From contig OZ076409.1 of NCBI GenBank assembly GCA_964187785.1, positions 98,644,001-98,708,000 of the forward strand: DNA of 64,000 nt. Direction: 5' to 3'. Both the position numbers and the translations under genes were made by a program. Source of the DNA: Amphiscolops sp. MND2022 (taxonomy: Eukaryota). The notes beneath the pieces are model-generated. The model was given only the letters and a program-made list of their open reading frames with translations. It ran no database searches and was not told where the DNA came from. Positions 1 to 12,100 of this stretch are shown here, in pieces. The stretch's first letter is position 1. Each line of letters begins with the position of its first letter.

Positions 1-2
1 CT

Positions 3-2051
3 GCCGCAGACTATTTGTCCCGACTCGAAATCTCTCCAAAAGAAAAATTGATCCTCAGGATAAGAGAAGATATTCCAACAACACCGATTGAACTACATGT
101 CCAATCGGCGGGAGTGTCAAAAGAGGAACAAATTTTCTTCACGGATGACGACGACGAGACGGAAGAACAAATCCTACAACGCAAAAGGGACGCTAGAGCC
201 CACCCAGCACATCAACTACCAGATATCTCATTCGAAAAATTCACAACACACAAAAGCCAATACCACAAACTTTCCACAATCCAAAAACTAACCAGCATAA
301 ACTCCATAGCGGTCGAACAAAACAATGACATTATTTTACAACAACTACGACTCAAGATACTCAAAGAAATTTACTCAGAGTCCATACTAATGCAAGACAA
401 TCGATACCAACATTACTGTCGCCAAATGGACCGACTGTCCGTTACAGACGAAATCATCACCAGGCAGTATTTTGATGAAACAGGGGCAGTTAAATACAAT
501 CAGGTGCTCTTGCCAAAGCATTTAGTCGCAGAACTCCTTGAATCCTTACATGGGAAAGCAACTAAACACCCAGGCATATCCTAGATGCTTATCGAAATTC
601 GACAAAAATACTATTACCCAGGAACTGCGAAAATTGTCAAAAAATGGGTTCAGGGATGTGAAATTTGTATCAAGGGCAAACGAATTCCCAATTCATCCAT
701 TACCCCTGAACTCCTCAATTTGCCTGAATGGGACCTAGGACCAGAAGATGCAATGCAAATTGATTTGTTACCAAACTTACCACCAAGTGCTGGATACGAA
801 AATATCATCACTGCAATGGATGTGTTTTCAAGATATCTTTTTGCCTATCCAGTCACGGACGCTTCGGCCATAAATACGGCAAAAGTCATCATCGATATAA
901 TGACCAAGCACACCTATTTGCCCACTACCTTGATTACAGACAGAGGTACAGCCTTCACGTCCAAGTTGGTGGCTGAGATCGCTCAAATTTTAGGAATCCA
1001 AATGAAATGTGCGACTACAAAACACCCACAAACCATTGGCAAACTTGAGCGAACGCACGCCAGCCTCAAAACAAACTTAAAAATGGCCTCAGGGGACTAT
1101 AGGCGACAATGGCATAAATATCTACCTTTAGCTGTCCTAAATTATGACACGACGTATCACGCCACCCTGGGCTGCGAACCAACCAAAATTTTTCACGGAC
1201 GTATTCCATATAATATTCTTGATCATAAATTGGGACTTAATCCGAACCCCAAGGTCCTTCCGACTACAGATTTTGCAGACGAATTTCAAAGACGAACACA
1301 AGTACTGATGGACTCCACGAAGAAAAACATCATGCAATCCTACTTGAAATACAAGGAATACTATGATCGCAAGGCAAAAGCAGCACCTTTGAAACTAAAC
1401 GACTATTGTTTTATATTACAACCTATTGCTGACCACCAAGGATCAAAAATACCATTTCGCGAATACCGGTGGACTGGACCCTACATAGTAGAAAAGGTAT
1501 TACCGAATGACAATTACTTTGTCAGGAAACTCAATTCCAATAAAACACAGATCCTACACCGTATCAGATTGCGTAAATACGAACCGAAAACCGATCTACG
1601 AGATATTCGACCGGAAGGCAACTTGCAACAGGATGACGAAATTGTTATTCCGCAAGACGACTTGTACGTTATTACGTGGGAAACCAACTTCGGAGAATTT
1701 CCCAATTCGGCCGAAAAAGCCACATTTCCTACGAACCTAGACGCCACAGACGCTTCTAATGACCTCGTGGACGTTGACAGCTCGCCAGGAGAAGTTTTCA
1801 CTGACGTGGACCTCGGGTCCACCGGGCCACACCAAAATAACGACGTTGATATGACTGAACAAACGTGCCCGGACCGCCTTACCGACCAGACTGATGATCA
1901 ACAATCATCAGGAGGGAGAGATACTATCGTGCCCGAAGTATCAGACGATGAAAATGATGATGTGATTGTAGACGATAAAAGTCCCAGGGGAGGAAGATAT
2001 AACCTTCGTCCTAACCCCACCCCCAACTTTACTGATGAATACAGATACTAG
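3..2051 (+). pseudogene. pol: pol C-terminus: RNase H end plus integrase, interrupted by an in-frame TAG at 582-584
   Basis: AADYLSR RNase H terminal motif from nt 3. HHCC zinc domain LHGKATKHPGIS*M...CEIC is split by the stop (probably AAG>TAG). DDE core QIDLL / ITDRG / KLERTH and GPY/F module WTGPYIVEK are present. ORFs 15..584 and 585..2051 are in the same frame. Confidence 0.93.
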
Positions 2052-2215
2052 TCAGACATTTGAATTACGGTCCCTCTTACAAATAATAAATAGTACCTTT
2101 TTGGGACTTGACTGACTGCTAAACGAAACAACTCGACTAAAATAGACAAACAATAAATAAGAAACTGAAGAGTATTTACAAAGGAGTCTAAGTTACAATT
2201 GTAAATATAGCACAA

Positions 2216-5200
2216 TTAACGTTTACTAGATCCAGCCACCAATCGGGACGCTGATTCCGTCAGTTCTTCTCCGCTCAGCAAGTGACTATGCCGTTTGCCT
2301 GGCTTGGGAACTGGGAAGGACTGCATAGGGGTTTCTTCCGCAGCTGAGTTGCCCTGCGGTCCAGACTGACTGCCCGCCTCCTTTGATTCCAAAATCTCTC
2401 GAATCTGGGTCTTCCCAAAGTGGTCGACGCTGTCCCAAGGGCTATAAAGGTCACTTAAACCAGAGTTCCCGAAGGACTGTTCCAGGGGCAGGAAGCGAGA
2501 CACGGACGCATCTGAAGTAAGGACATCCAACCCATGGCCGACATATCCCAGGAAGGATTGAATTGGTGCGATGACGTCGAACATTGTACTAAGTGGATCG
2601 TCAGTCCGGTGGGATCCAAACTTTACGGGTGTAAATGACATTCGAGGCTCATCAAGGCACAGGCAACTTAGGCGGAAAATCCTCCGCAAATGGGGGCGAG
2701 ACACTAGGGATTCCTGACTAGACACAAAATGAATGGCGTCTGCAATGAGGAGTTTTGGCTGCTGGATGTCGGGATGGGAAGATCTTACGATATCGAGGAA
2801 CGACAAGTACTCCTCAGTGAAGATGGATTCCTCATCAGCCTGAAATACACCACGGAGCCGGAAACTAGTGAACAGCTGCTTAAAGCAGTAAATCGCGTTC
2901 TCCAAGGGATCCACTAGCATCACATCCAAGTCGAAGGTCCCGAGGCCCCTGACAATGTCGGAAGTAAAGCGACTTAGCCCTTGAGTCCCTTTAAAAAGGA
3001 AAATAACATAGCTCCTGGCATTACGCCCGAATTCTTCTTTACAATTGGCGATAATGGTGTCCAGAGTCAGTCCTTCGTTCTTCTTCTTTCCGTTCTCTGA
3101 TTCAGCCTTGGACTTGCAGGCAGGGGCAATTCTAACGTCTAGCTTTGAGCGTGTCAGAAAATCTGCAGTACTTAGCGCCTTGACTTCCGGATTCAGAATC
3201 TTCCGATAGTCGCTCTCCGAGGGCAGATTAGGGGACCTGATACATCGTCGTCCCAACTTGAAGAGAAACTGGCAAAGTCCCTGAACACATGGAACCCTCG
3301 GTCCCGTCGCTGCTTTAAGTTCACCACGAAGCTGTTGACGTAGTCCCGCACTAGTCGATAGAATAGTTCCAAACGGGCAGGAAAGAACTCGTCATACACC
3401 AACGCCCAGTCAAGACTCGGTGGCTATAACAACAGAAAGACAATGACTTACTTAAAGATAAATGCGACTTCCCTCAACCTTCATACACCTTGGCTTACTA
3501 CAGACCATGAGAAGCAGATTAGCTATTACAGACCACAAGTCCTTTTGACTACATAAAATGGTAGGTTCATTATAGACTTAGATTAGAAAACAAAAGAAGT
3601 CTTCATATACTCAACCTTCTTTCGAACGCCTTGCATGCCCTGGGTGACTGAGTGTTGCGACAGATACGCAATGACTTGGGGCCAGTGTTTCAGCAATTCC
3701 TGGCACAAGGTAGGTAGACCATTGACATCTAACTGACAAGTCCGGATCGCCTACAACAAATAGTTCTATGCAGAGAAACCCTAAAGGAAAATTGACACCT
3801 AATGGAAACGAAGTTTACCTTGGATAATTCTGGGGAGAGCATCACCCATTCTTGTTCTAATCCCAGTCCCAGGGAGGAGATGAGGTGGTGTAGGACCCCG
3901 AACATGTCAATGTGTCCAAAAACACTTGAGTCTTTCTTGTGCATTAGTGACCTCAATTGGAGTTCTTCGAAACGCGGTGGGCTCTGCACGGAAAATTGAC
4001 CATAAGGGCTGTCATCCAGTAACTGTACAGTATTTGAAGTGCAGCCTGTGATGCTGATGATCTCAGGACTAGTTGATATGGCTCCCATCACACAGGAGAT
4101 CAATGAAATCTCAGCTTGGGTCTGGCCATGTGCCCTCCCAGTCCTTTTGAGGAACACTCGGCACATCTCGTTGCCCATCCAGAATCGCACGAACACCAAC
4201 AAGAAGACGCCGTCGTTAGCAAATTCCAGAGCATACTCGTTGCTTGTGAGGATGTGATTTCCCACCTCAGTCAGCACCTCGAGGAACATGTGATGGAACA
4301 GGGCCTGAAACATGTGGCATGATCAAAATATCTGTAGGGAAATCGACCAAAGGTCCTAAAGCTTATAGAACAGCTAGCTTGAATGTTAGATAGCTAGAAC
4401 TTAGAATGAAGGATTCAATAACTTCAGTTAACAAATACTAACTGTAAGACGCTCTTTAGTCCAATTGAAGTCGGTAAATAGTGCCTGGTGGTTCACTACC
4501 ACTCCTATGTCCCTCCAGAAGCTTCGAAGGATGTCAATATCTCCGTAGTTAGGGAGAAAGCGTCCCAGCACCGAGATCTGAATACGGGCACGGTTCTCTG
4601 AGGAGGAGGACATATGATCCGCACCGGCCATGTACTCGTCATAAAAGGGAAGCTTTTCCCCGATGTCGACCAATTCAACGTCCTTGAAACGGGGAAGTTC
4701 GATGGCCAGCTCGTATGGCGTTAAAAGTTTTCCATCTTTACCTCTGACTTGAGGAATTCGAGTGTTCGTACAAGGGTCGAGTTTGTACAGGTACTCATAC
4801 CTCCATCGTTGATCTTTTCGGAGGTGTTTCTCTGTCGAATGGTGTCTCAGGATCTCTCGGGCCCCTCTGCAATAGATGGAGATAATAGCCTTGCAAATCT
4901 GGCAGTAGAATTTGTATTTATTCCACTTTGGGTCTACAGGGCCAAAAACAAAAGTCCTTGTCCATTCCATTCCACGGAAATACGCTTCCTTCATGACTTT
5001 GCAGGTCCTTGTGGTCTTCACACGTGCAGAAGTGCCCCTACCAGATTGCCCTTTCCCTTTAGCTTTTGTGGACCGTTTCTTCTGTTGTCGATCTGCAACT
5101 GCTTCTTTCTTTAGCGCAGCAAGCGTCTGTAGTCCAGGACTGTCCAAGTTGAAAGTAGTATGGGGAGACTGCGGGTCCGTTCGGCTAGACCCAGGTATCA

Positions 5201-6143
5201 GCTCAGATGGGGACTGCCCAATTTGCATTTCAGCGTCAGAATGCTCGAAAGAATATCCAAGGCTTCCGAAGTCGTCATTACTTTGCAATGCTCCGCTGGT
5301 TTCACTATACCTCTCGGTGGAAGAGGAACGATTTCTTCCTGCACTGGTAACAACAGAGGAGCCTCTTCTGGAAGAACTTCCCTTGCTGGACTTGGTACCC
5401 CCGGGCCTGGAGGCAAGAGATAATCGGCTGGCTCGATAAACAAGATTTTCGAGCATATCATACGACGCCCTAGCGGTCTCATCTGCTACCGCTCGCACAA
5501 CAGCTGAGATTTGACTTTCAGTGAAGGCAACGACTGGATGCCCAGGTGGGAAACGGATTCGTTCAGTGTTTTCAAAGTGTTCCTTGATCACAGCTCGGGT
5601 TCTTCCGCCCAAGGGGACGTCTCTGGGTTCGGGTGGAGGATCGAAAGGGGTCGCGACACTGGACTGATCACTGCACACAGGGAGGCTGCAGTCAGGAACA
5701 GTTTTCAATGCGTCAGCTAGAGTTGAACCGGCGTTTGGTCCAGACTCAGAGTCTGACGCTCGGTCAACTTCGGACCCACTTTGGTCACCAAAAAGGGGTG
5801 GAGGTGGTAAAGCACTGTTTGTTGATGAAACTCCAGTCTGACCTGAAGTGGTGGCCACCAAGTCTCGAAGCGATGGTTCAGTTCCGACTGAGGAACCAGA
5901 TTCGGAAAGAGAATTCCGAGATCGTTTGGATGAAGGTCCAACTAGTCCTGTTTGTGAGCCATGAGTCTGAGAATCTGGAGGGTCAAGGAATATGACCTGT
6001 GGCCGACGGGAAGACTGAATTTGTCCAGATGAGGACTGTTCGGGGTTAACTGTAACTTCCATGGCTTCGCTAATGCTTTCACGCTGGGCAGCTTCAGTGA
6101 CCTCAGCAAAATCTTTTGCCGCAGCTTCCTCCAATTGACTCAT
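2216..6143 (-). pseudogene. Spliced antisense accessory gene (~1176 aa), BED-type zinc finger plus hAT-transposase-like remnants; one 1-nt frameshift near 3265
   Basis: Predicted exons 6143-4443, 4304-3819, 3750-3616 and 3423-2216 are joined by phase-0 GT-AG introns (ACA|GTTAGT..TTTCAG|GCC; AAG|GTAAAC..TTGTAG|GCG; AAG|GTTGAG..TTATAG|CCA). Motifs: FYCQIC-x14-RHHSTEKH and ELLKHWPQVIAYL. The last exon needs +1 nt to join ORFs 3193..3402 and 2216..3256. Confidence 0.7.
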
Positions 6144-7541
6144 CTTACAGGTGATGTATGTCCCGCAACTTTCAGTAGACCCGCTGCTGTCCGTGGCTAG
6201 AAACCTAAAAACCAGGGTAGGGCTAGGGCAACCGTTTGGTCGGAATTATCCTCAGTATCGATGACTTTGAGATCTTGTGTCGGTTGGCCGTTCTTTTCTT
6301 CGCCTAATTGGAAAGAAATAAATTTACGCGGTTGACTTCCTGAATATGAATCCATTTTGCCGCATTTTGAAAATCTTCCGGAAGTAAGTTGGAATCAATG
6401 TTTCAATATGAAAACATTTCACGATGGAGGAAGTAGCTTAAGTCGAAGCAGAACCCTGATCAAGTTTATGCTAAGACAAATTAAAGAACCAACCTGATGT
6501 CATCTCCATTTTGTAGAGGCAGAATTTGAGGGCACAAGTGACCGCTAGTCCTTTTGAGGATAGAGGGGATTCTTCGATAGCCTGCTTCGGAGCCTATGAT
6601 CCGCAGAAAGTACTGTAGGCGATTGGACCGAAGGACGACAGTAATTGAGGCAATTCAAAATTCAATTGACACTCCAATTTAAATGTGGAATTGCGTGATG
6701 AAAACAATAAACTGTTAGAGGCTTTGCGGAGTACTGTACGTCAAACACAGACTATATGTATGTAATATTTATGACACTACTAAAATATTCCTACCTGACT
6801 GATTCACTCAACTAGTCTACCAAACTAATAATCTTGAAACATTTATATTACACCTTGTACAGGATGTCGTGGCTAAAATCCTTTTCATTGAATCCAATTA
6901 CACTAATCATCATCTAATATAAACCTTTCATGTTTGTGACCTGCCAGCAACATTCATGATACTTTACATCATGTACCATTTGGTAATATTACCATCTTAA
7001 ACATTTTGATTATTATTCAGTCATCTTCATTTTTATTCTCATTATCACTGTAATTACTTGTTTCTTCATTATACGCGTCTAATTGGCCAATTCGTTAACT
7101 CTAGCCGTTTGGACCGGCGGTCTTCAACTGCATTAATTATGGACATCTTATTGGCTGACGTCTTAGCTGAAGCCGCTTAGACCGGTGGTCTTTGATGGCA
7201 ATTATTATTTATCAATTAGTTAGACAAGTTAACGCTTTCATTGACGATTGTTAGGAGTCTGCTGTTAAACAAACACGATGAGAGGTACTTATAGACTTAT
7301 TAACGAGCCCCTCAACCAACTGATGATGTTTATCAACCTTTTACCCTCACTTAAAAGGAAGAGTTTAGGAATATTTAAGGAATATGCGACCCTGTTTCCC
7401 CGCGAAATCGCTTCCCGCGAATCCGAGGAAGACTCAGGGTCCATTGGACTAGAGAAATCATTCTATTCATTTTCAAGCCACAAAACTAGTTGATTCAACA
7501 AAATTGCTAAGAAAATCTTTCTTTCAAGCTACTGCAATAAA

Positions 7542-8369
7542 ATGTCACTCCAATTTGATGTGGAGGAATTCATTCGACCCTTGGTCAGCCCCCTATATGA
7601 GTCTTTTGATGAAGACATGGAGATCGATACGGTATCCACAACTGTGGTTAACCAAAGTCTGGACGACGACAGTGACATAGAAGTAATTGCATGCTACAGA
7701 GAAGCGCCAATTTACCCTCCCCAGCTAACAGCCGGTAGGGCCATGACTTTTGACCTACCAACGGGTGGGGAAGATCAAGACTACCTACAATGTGGCCCAT
7801 CAGGATCAATTGGCTCAACCTTTGACCCTTCGGACAGCCTGATAGATTGGGTAATTGGTAGCCCACCTTTGCAGACTTATGCGGACGGAGACCCGAATCA
7901 CCGTAAGGCGAATTGTAGCCGGATCGATCCAATTCCGTATTCACCAATGTCGCCCCCATTAGCCGATCAGGGACCGACTCAAGGTCAATACCATACTCAG
8001 CGGCAAGCAGAACAAAATAATGAAATTACTTGGGTAACAAACCAACACATTACTGGGCTGGCGATCAGTACTAACAAACTTTGCGGAGAAGCAAATTACG
8101 TCCAGCATGGCGATTGTACTGTGTGTGGAAAGTCCTACGCTATGATCCAAGAGGAAATGACGCTAGGATATTTGGAACAGACCCACGTACCTGGCGAAAC
8201 TTATGCTCAACGGATAAGGCACCGGGACGCCTTTGAAGCAGGAATGAGAGCAGCAAGCGTGATTTCAGTCCCAGGGGGAGTGTCGCAAGCTGCCGCTTGT
8301 GATGGAATATTCTATCAGATACCAGGAAATAACGCACTTAACCCCCCACCAGGAGTATTGCCAATCTGA
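7542..8369 (+). CDS. Retrotransposon accessory ORF of unknown function (275 aa, acidic/Pro-rich N-half, CxxC motif CTVCGKSY); reads through the PPT into U3 of the 3' LTR
   Basis: Intact ATG-to-stop ORF with higher GC than its AT-rich flanks; spans the PPT (8273-8280) and LTR start (8281). Confidence 0.65.
   Translation: MSLQFDVEEFIRPLVSPLYESFDEDMEIDTVSTTVVNQSLDDDSDIEVIACYREAPIYPPQLTAGRAMTFDLPTGGEDQDYLQCGPSGSIGSTFDPSDSLIDWVIGSPPLQTYADGDPNHRKANCSRIDPIPYSPMSPPLADQGPTQGQYHTQRQAEQNNEITWVTNQHITGLAISTNKLCGEANYVQHGDCTVCGKSYAMIQEEMTLGYLEQTHVPGETYAQRIRHRDAFEAGMRAASVISVPGGVSQAAACDGIFYQIPGNNALNPPPGVLPI
8273..8280 (+). other. Polypurine tract (plus-strand primer)
   Basis: AGGGGGAG immediately precedes the TGTCGC LTR start. 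Confidence 0.7.
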
Positions 8370-9149
8370 TCAACAATGGACCATTGGTACGAACACCTAC
8401 AAACAATATATGTTACTGTTGCATTGTAATTAACCTCACACGTTTTCGACCTTAAGTCGATTTGACTACAACAAACTTTTGTATTAATTAAACGGATTAC
8501 AAGTCACTTTTAATATGTTTTAGTATTAGTTTCATCTGTGTTTGAAATACCTGTCAAAGATTGGCAAATTTTTGTAATGTTAGAATATAAACGGTGCTGT
8601 AATTTAATACTTGAATTTAAACGCACAAGTAAGCAGGTTACAGGAAACGAGTTCAAATGATCGTTTCCTGTAGCTTGCTGTACGCGGCGTTGTCCAATAC
8701 ATTGACCAATCACAGCGCTGTATTTATGTACATTTAGTGTAGACGCACGGACCGGTGGTCCGCCTTATTATTGATTGCTGCTGCCACTAGACTGCTGTGC
8801 TTAGTGCTGTAGACGGATGGACCGGTGGTCCGCCATAGTGCTTTTGATTTAAATTAGTACTTACAAATAGAGTCAAGTGTTCAGACGCAATTTAGATCCA
8901 ATTTAGTGTTGTTTATTAATACATTACCAGTCTATTTGACTGGATGTCATGTAATACTTTAACGATCATGTATTTTACATAGCATACAAACATGCACTCA
9001 TATCCTTGTAATATCTTCATAAGTAGACCCTGAGGCGGGACCGCCTAACCTATCAAGCTGGCTTTGATGCTATTTTTAACCATAAATGTAAAGTGATGCA
9101 ATATTGACGTCATCCCGTGGGTCTATTTCGGGAATGAATCAACTATTAA

Positions 9150-12100
9150 CCTTAACTTGGCCAATGTGCCAAATTTGGCACATTTTGTTTCTGCAAATTG
9201 TTAACGCACCAGCTGATTGTATGGTAAAGTAAACCCTTTAATAAGAGTTTCAGACAATATTGCATAGCATTCGGCGCCTTTTCACGGAAAATTGACGTGA
9301 TGTCTCAAAAACCCAGAAAATGACGCAAAAAAATCAAAAGAAAAATAAGTGCAGATTTTCCGTTTCCCAGTTTTCGTTTGTGCCCCTTTTATCCCACTGG
9401 TATCAACATTGGGTCAAAGCGTCCCCAGCATGTTTTGAAACATGTTGAAAAGCAAGCAGAGACACGACGGGTGCAAAGTTTTGGCGCAAAGTTCGGAGCC
9501 AGTGCGGCGAAGCCGCACGCCAGCGGAGAACTTCGCGCAAAAAATTTTGCGCGCAAAGGGCCCGCGCTAGCGGGCCCCAAGCCCAGCAGTTTAAAAATTG
9601 ACTTGAAAGCCCCAATGCTCTTCTTTCGAACGCTGTATAAATCGTTTGTCGGACTTGTATAGTTCAGGAGATATTGCGGTTTAAAGTTGAAGCACCTGAT
9701 TTTTGGACGCAACAAGATTTTTCCTGGCCAACTTAAGGTTAACAAAAAAATACTAAATTTTTCAAATTGCGCTCAAGCTATCTTTTTCAATTGTTTTAAG
9801 TCCTGAAATGAGTTTTTGCATCATTTAGGCCAAGTTTTGAGCTTTTCATTTTCGTCGCGTTAACCTTAACTTGGCCAATGTGCCAAATTTGGCACATTTT
9901 GTTTCTGCAAATTGTTAACGCACCAGCTGATTGTATGGTAAAGTAAACCCTTTAATAAGAGTTTCAGACAATATTGCATAGCATTCGGCGCCTTTTCACG
10001 GAAAATTGACGTGATGTCTCAAAAACCCAGAAAATGACGCAAAAAAATCAAAAGAAAAATAAGTGCAGATTTTCCGTTTCCCAGTTTTCGTTTGTGCCCC
10101 TTTTATCCCACTGGTATCAACATTGGGTCAAAGCGTCCCCAGCATGTTTTGAAACATGTTGAAAAGCAAGCAGAGACACGACGGGTGCAAAGTTTTGGCG
10201 CAAAGTTCGGAGCCATTGCGGCGAAGCCGCACGCCAGCGGAGAACTTCGCGCAAAAAACTTTGCGCGCAAAGGGCCCGCGCTAGCGGGCCCCAAGCCCAG
10301 CAGTTTAAAAATTGACTTGAAAGCCCCAATGCTCTTCTTTCGAACGCTGTATAAATCGTTTGTCGGACTTGTATAGTTCAGGAGATATTGCGGTTTAAAG
10401 TTGAAGCACCTGATTTTTGGACGCAACAAGATTTTTCCTGGCCAACTTAAGGTTAACAAAAAAATACTAAATTTTTCAAATTGCGCTCAAGCTATCTTTT
10501 TCAATTGTTTTAAGTCCTGAAATGAGTTTTTGCATCATTTAGGCCAAGTTTTGAGCTTTTCATTTTCGTCGCGTTAACCTTAACTTGGCCAATGTGCCAA
10601 ATTTGGCACATTTTGTTTCTGCAAATTGTTAACGCACCAGCTGATTGTATGGTAAAGTAAACCCTTTAATAAGAGTTTCAGACAATATTGCATAGCATTC
10701 GGCGCCTTTTCACGGAAAATTGACGTGATGTCTCAAAAACCCAGAAAATGACGCAAAAAAATCAAAAGAAAAATAAGTGCAGATTTTCCGTTTCCCAGTT
10801 TTCGTTTGTGCCCCTTTTATCCCACTGGTATCAACATTGGGTCAAAGCGTCCCCAGCATGTTTTGAAACATGTTGAAAAGCAAGCAGAGACACGACGGGT
10901 GCAAAGTTTTGGCGCAAAGTTCGGAGCCATTGCGGCGAAGCCGCACGCCAGCGGAGAACTTCGCGCAAAAAACTTTGCGCGCAAAGGGCCCGCGCTAGCG
11001 GGCCCCAAGCCCAGCAGTTTAAAAATTGACTTGAAAGCCCCAATGCTCTTCTTTCGAACGCTGTATAAATCGTTTGTCGGACTTGTATAGTTCAGGAGAT
11101 ATTGCGGTTTAAAGTTGAAGCACCTGATTTTTGGACGCAACAAGATTTTTCCTGGCCAACTTAAGGTTAACAAAAAAATACTAAATTTTTCAAATTGCGC
11201 TCAAGCTATCTTTTTCAATTGTTTTAAGTCCTGAAATGAGTTTTTGCATCATTTAGGCCAAGTTTTGAGCTTTTCATTTTCGTCGCGTTAACCTTAACTT
11301 GGCCAATGTGCCAAATTTGGCACATTTTGTTTCTGCAAATTGTTAACGCACCAGCTGATTGTATGGTAAAGTAAACCCTTTAATAAGAGTTTCAGACAAT
11401 ATTGCATAGCATTCGGCGCCTTTTCACGGAAAATTGACGTGATGTCTCAAAAACCCAGAAAATGACGCAAAAAAATCAAAAGAAAAATAAGTGCAGATTT
11501 TCCGTTTCCCAGTTTTCGTTTGTGCCCCTTTTATCCCACTGGTATCAACATTGGGTCAAAGCGTCCCCAGCATGTTTTGAAACATGTTGAAAAGCAAGCA
11601 GAGACACGACGGGTGCAAAGTTTTGGCGCAAAGTTCGGAGCCAGTGCGGCGAAGCCGCACGCCAGCGGAGAACTTCGCGCAAAAAATTTTGCGCGCAAAG
11701 GGCCCGCGCTAGCGGGCCCCAAGCCCAGCAGTTTAAAAATTGACTTGAAAGCCCCAATGCTCTTCTTTCGAACGCTGTATAAATCGTTTGTCGGACTTGT
11801 ATAGTTCAGGAGATATTGCGGTTTAAAGTTGAAGCACCTGATTTTTGGACGCAACAAGATTTTTCCTGGCCAACTTAAGGTTAACAAAAAAATACTAAAT
11901 TTTTCAAATTGCGCTCAAGCTATCTTTTTCAATTGTTTTAAGTCCTGAAATGAGTTTTTGCATCATTTAGGCCAAGTTTTGAGCTTTTCATTTTCGTCGC
12001 GTTAACCTTAACTTGGCCAATGTGCCAAATTTGGCACATTTTGTTTCTGCAAATTGTTAACGCACCAGCTGATTGTATGGTAAAGTAAACCCTTTAATAA

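Noticed and set aside
582..584. Programmed stop-codon readthrough in pol
   Set aside because: The stop falls inside the integrase HHCC zinc domain rather than at a gag-pol boundary; a point mutation (AAG>TAG) is simpler.
4749..5995. Plus-strand ORFs overlapping the antisense gene, and shadow ORFs over pol, the LINE and the transposase
   Set aside because: Opposite-strand or alternative-frame shadows of better-supported coding regions.
6865..6872. Alternative 3' LTR start TGTCGTGG
   Set aside because: No polypurine tract upstream; 8281 has AGGGGGAG and a perfect 6-bp inverse of the LTR end.
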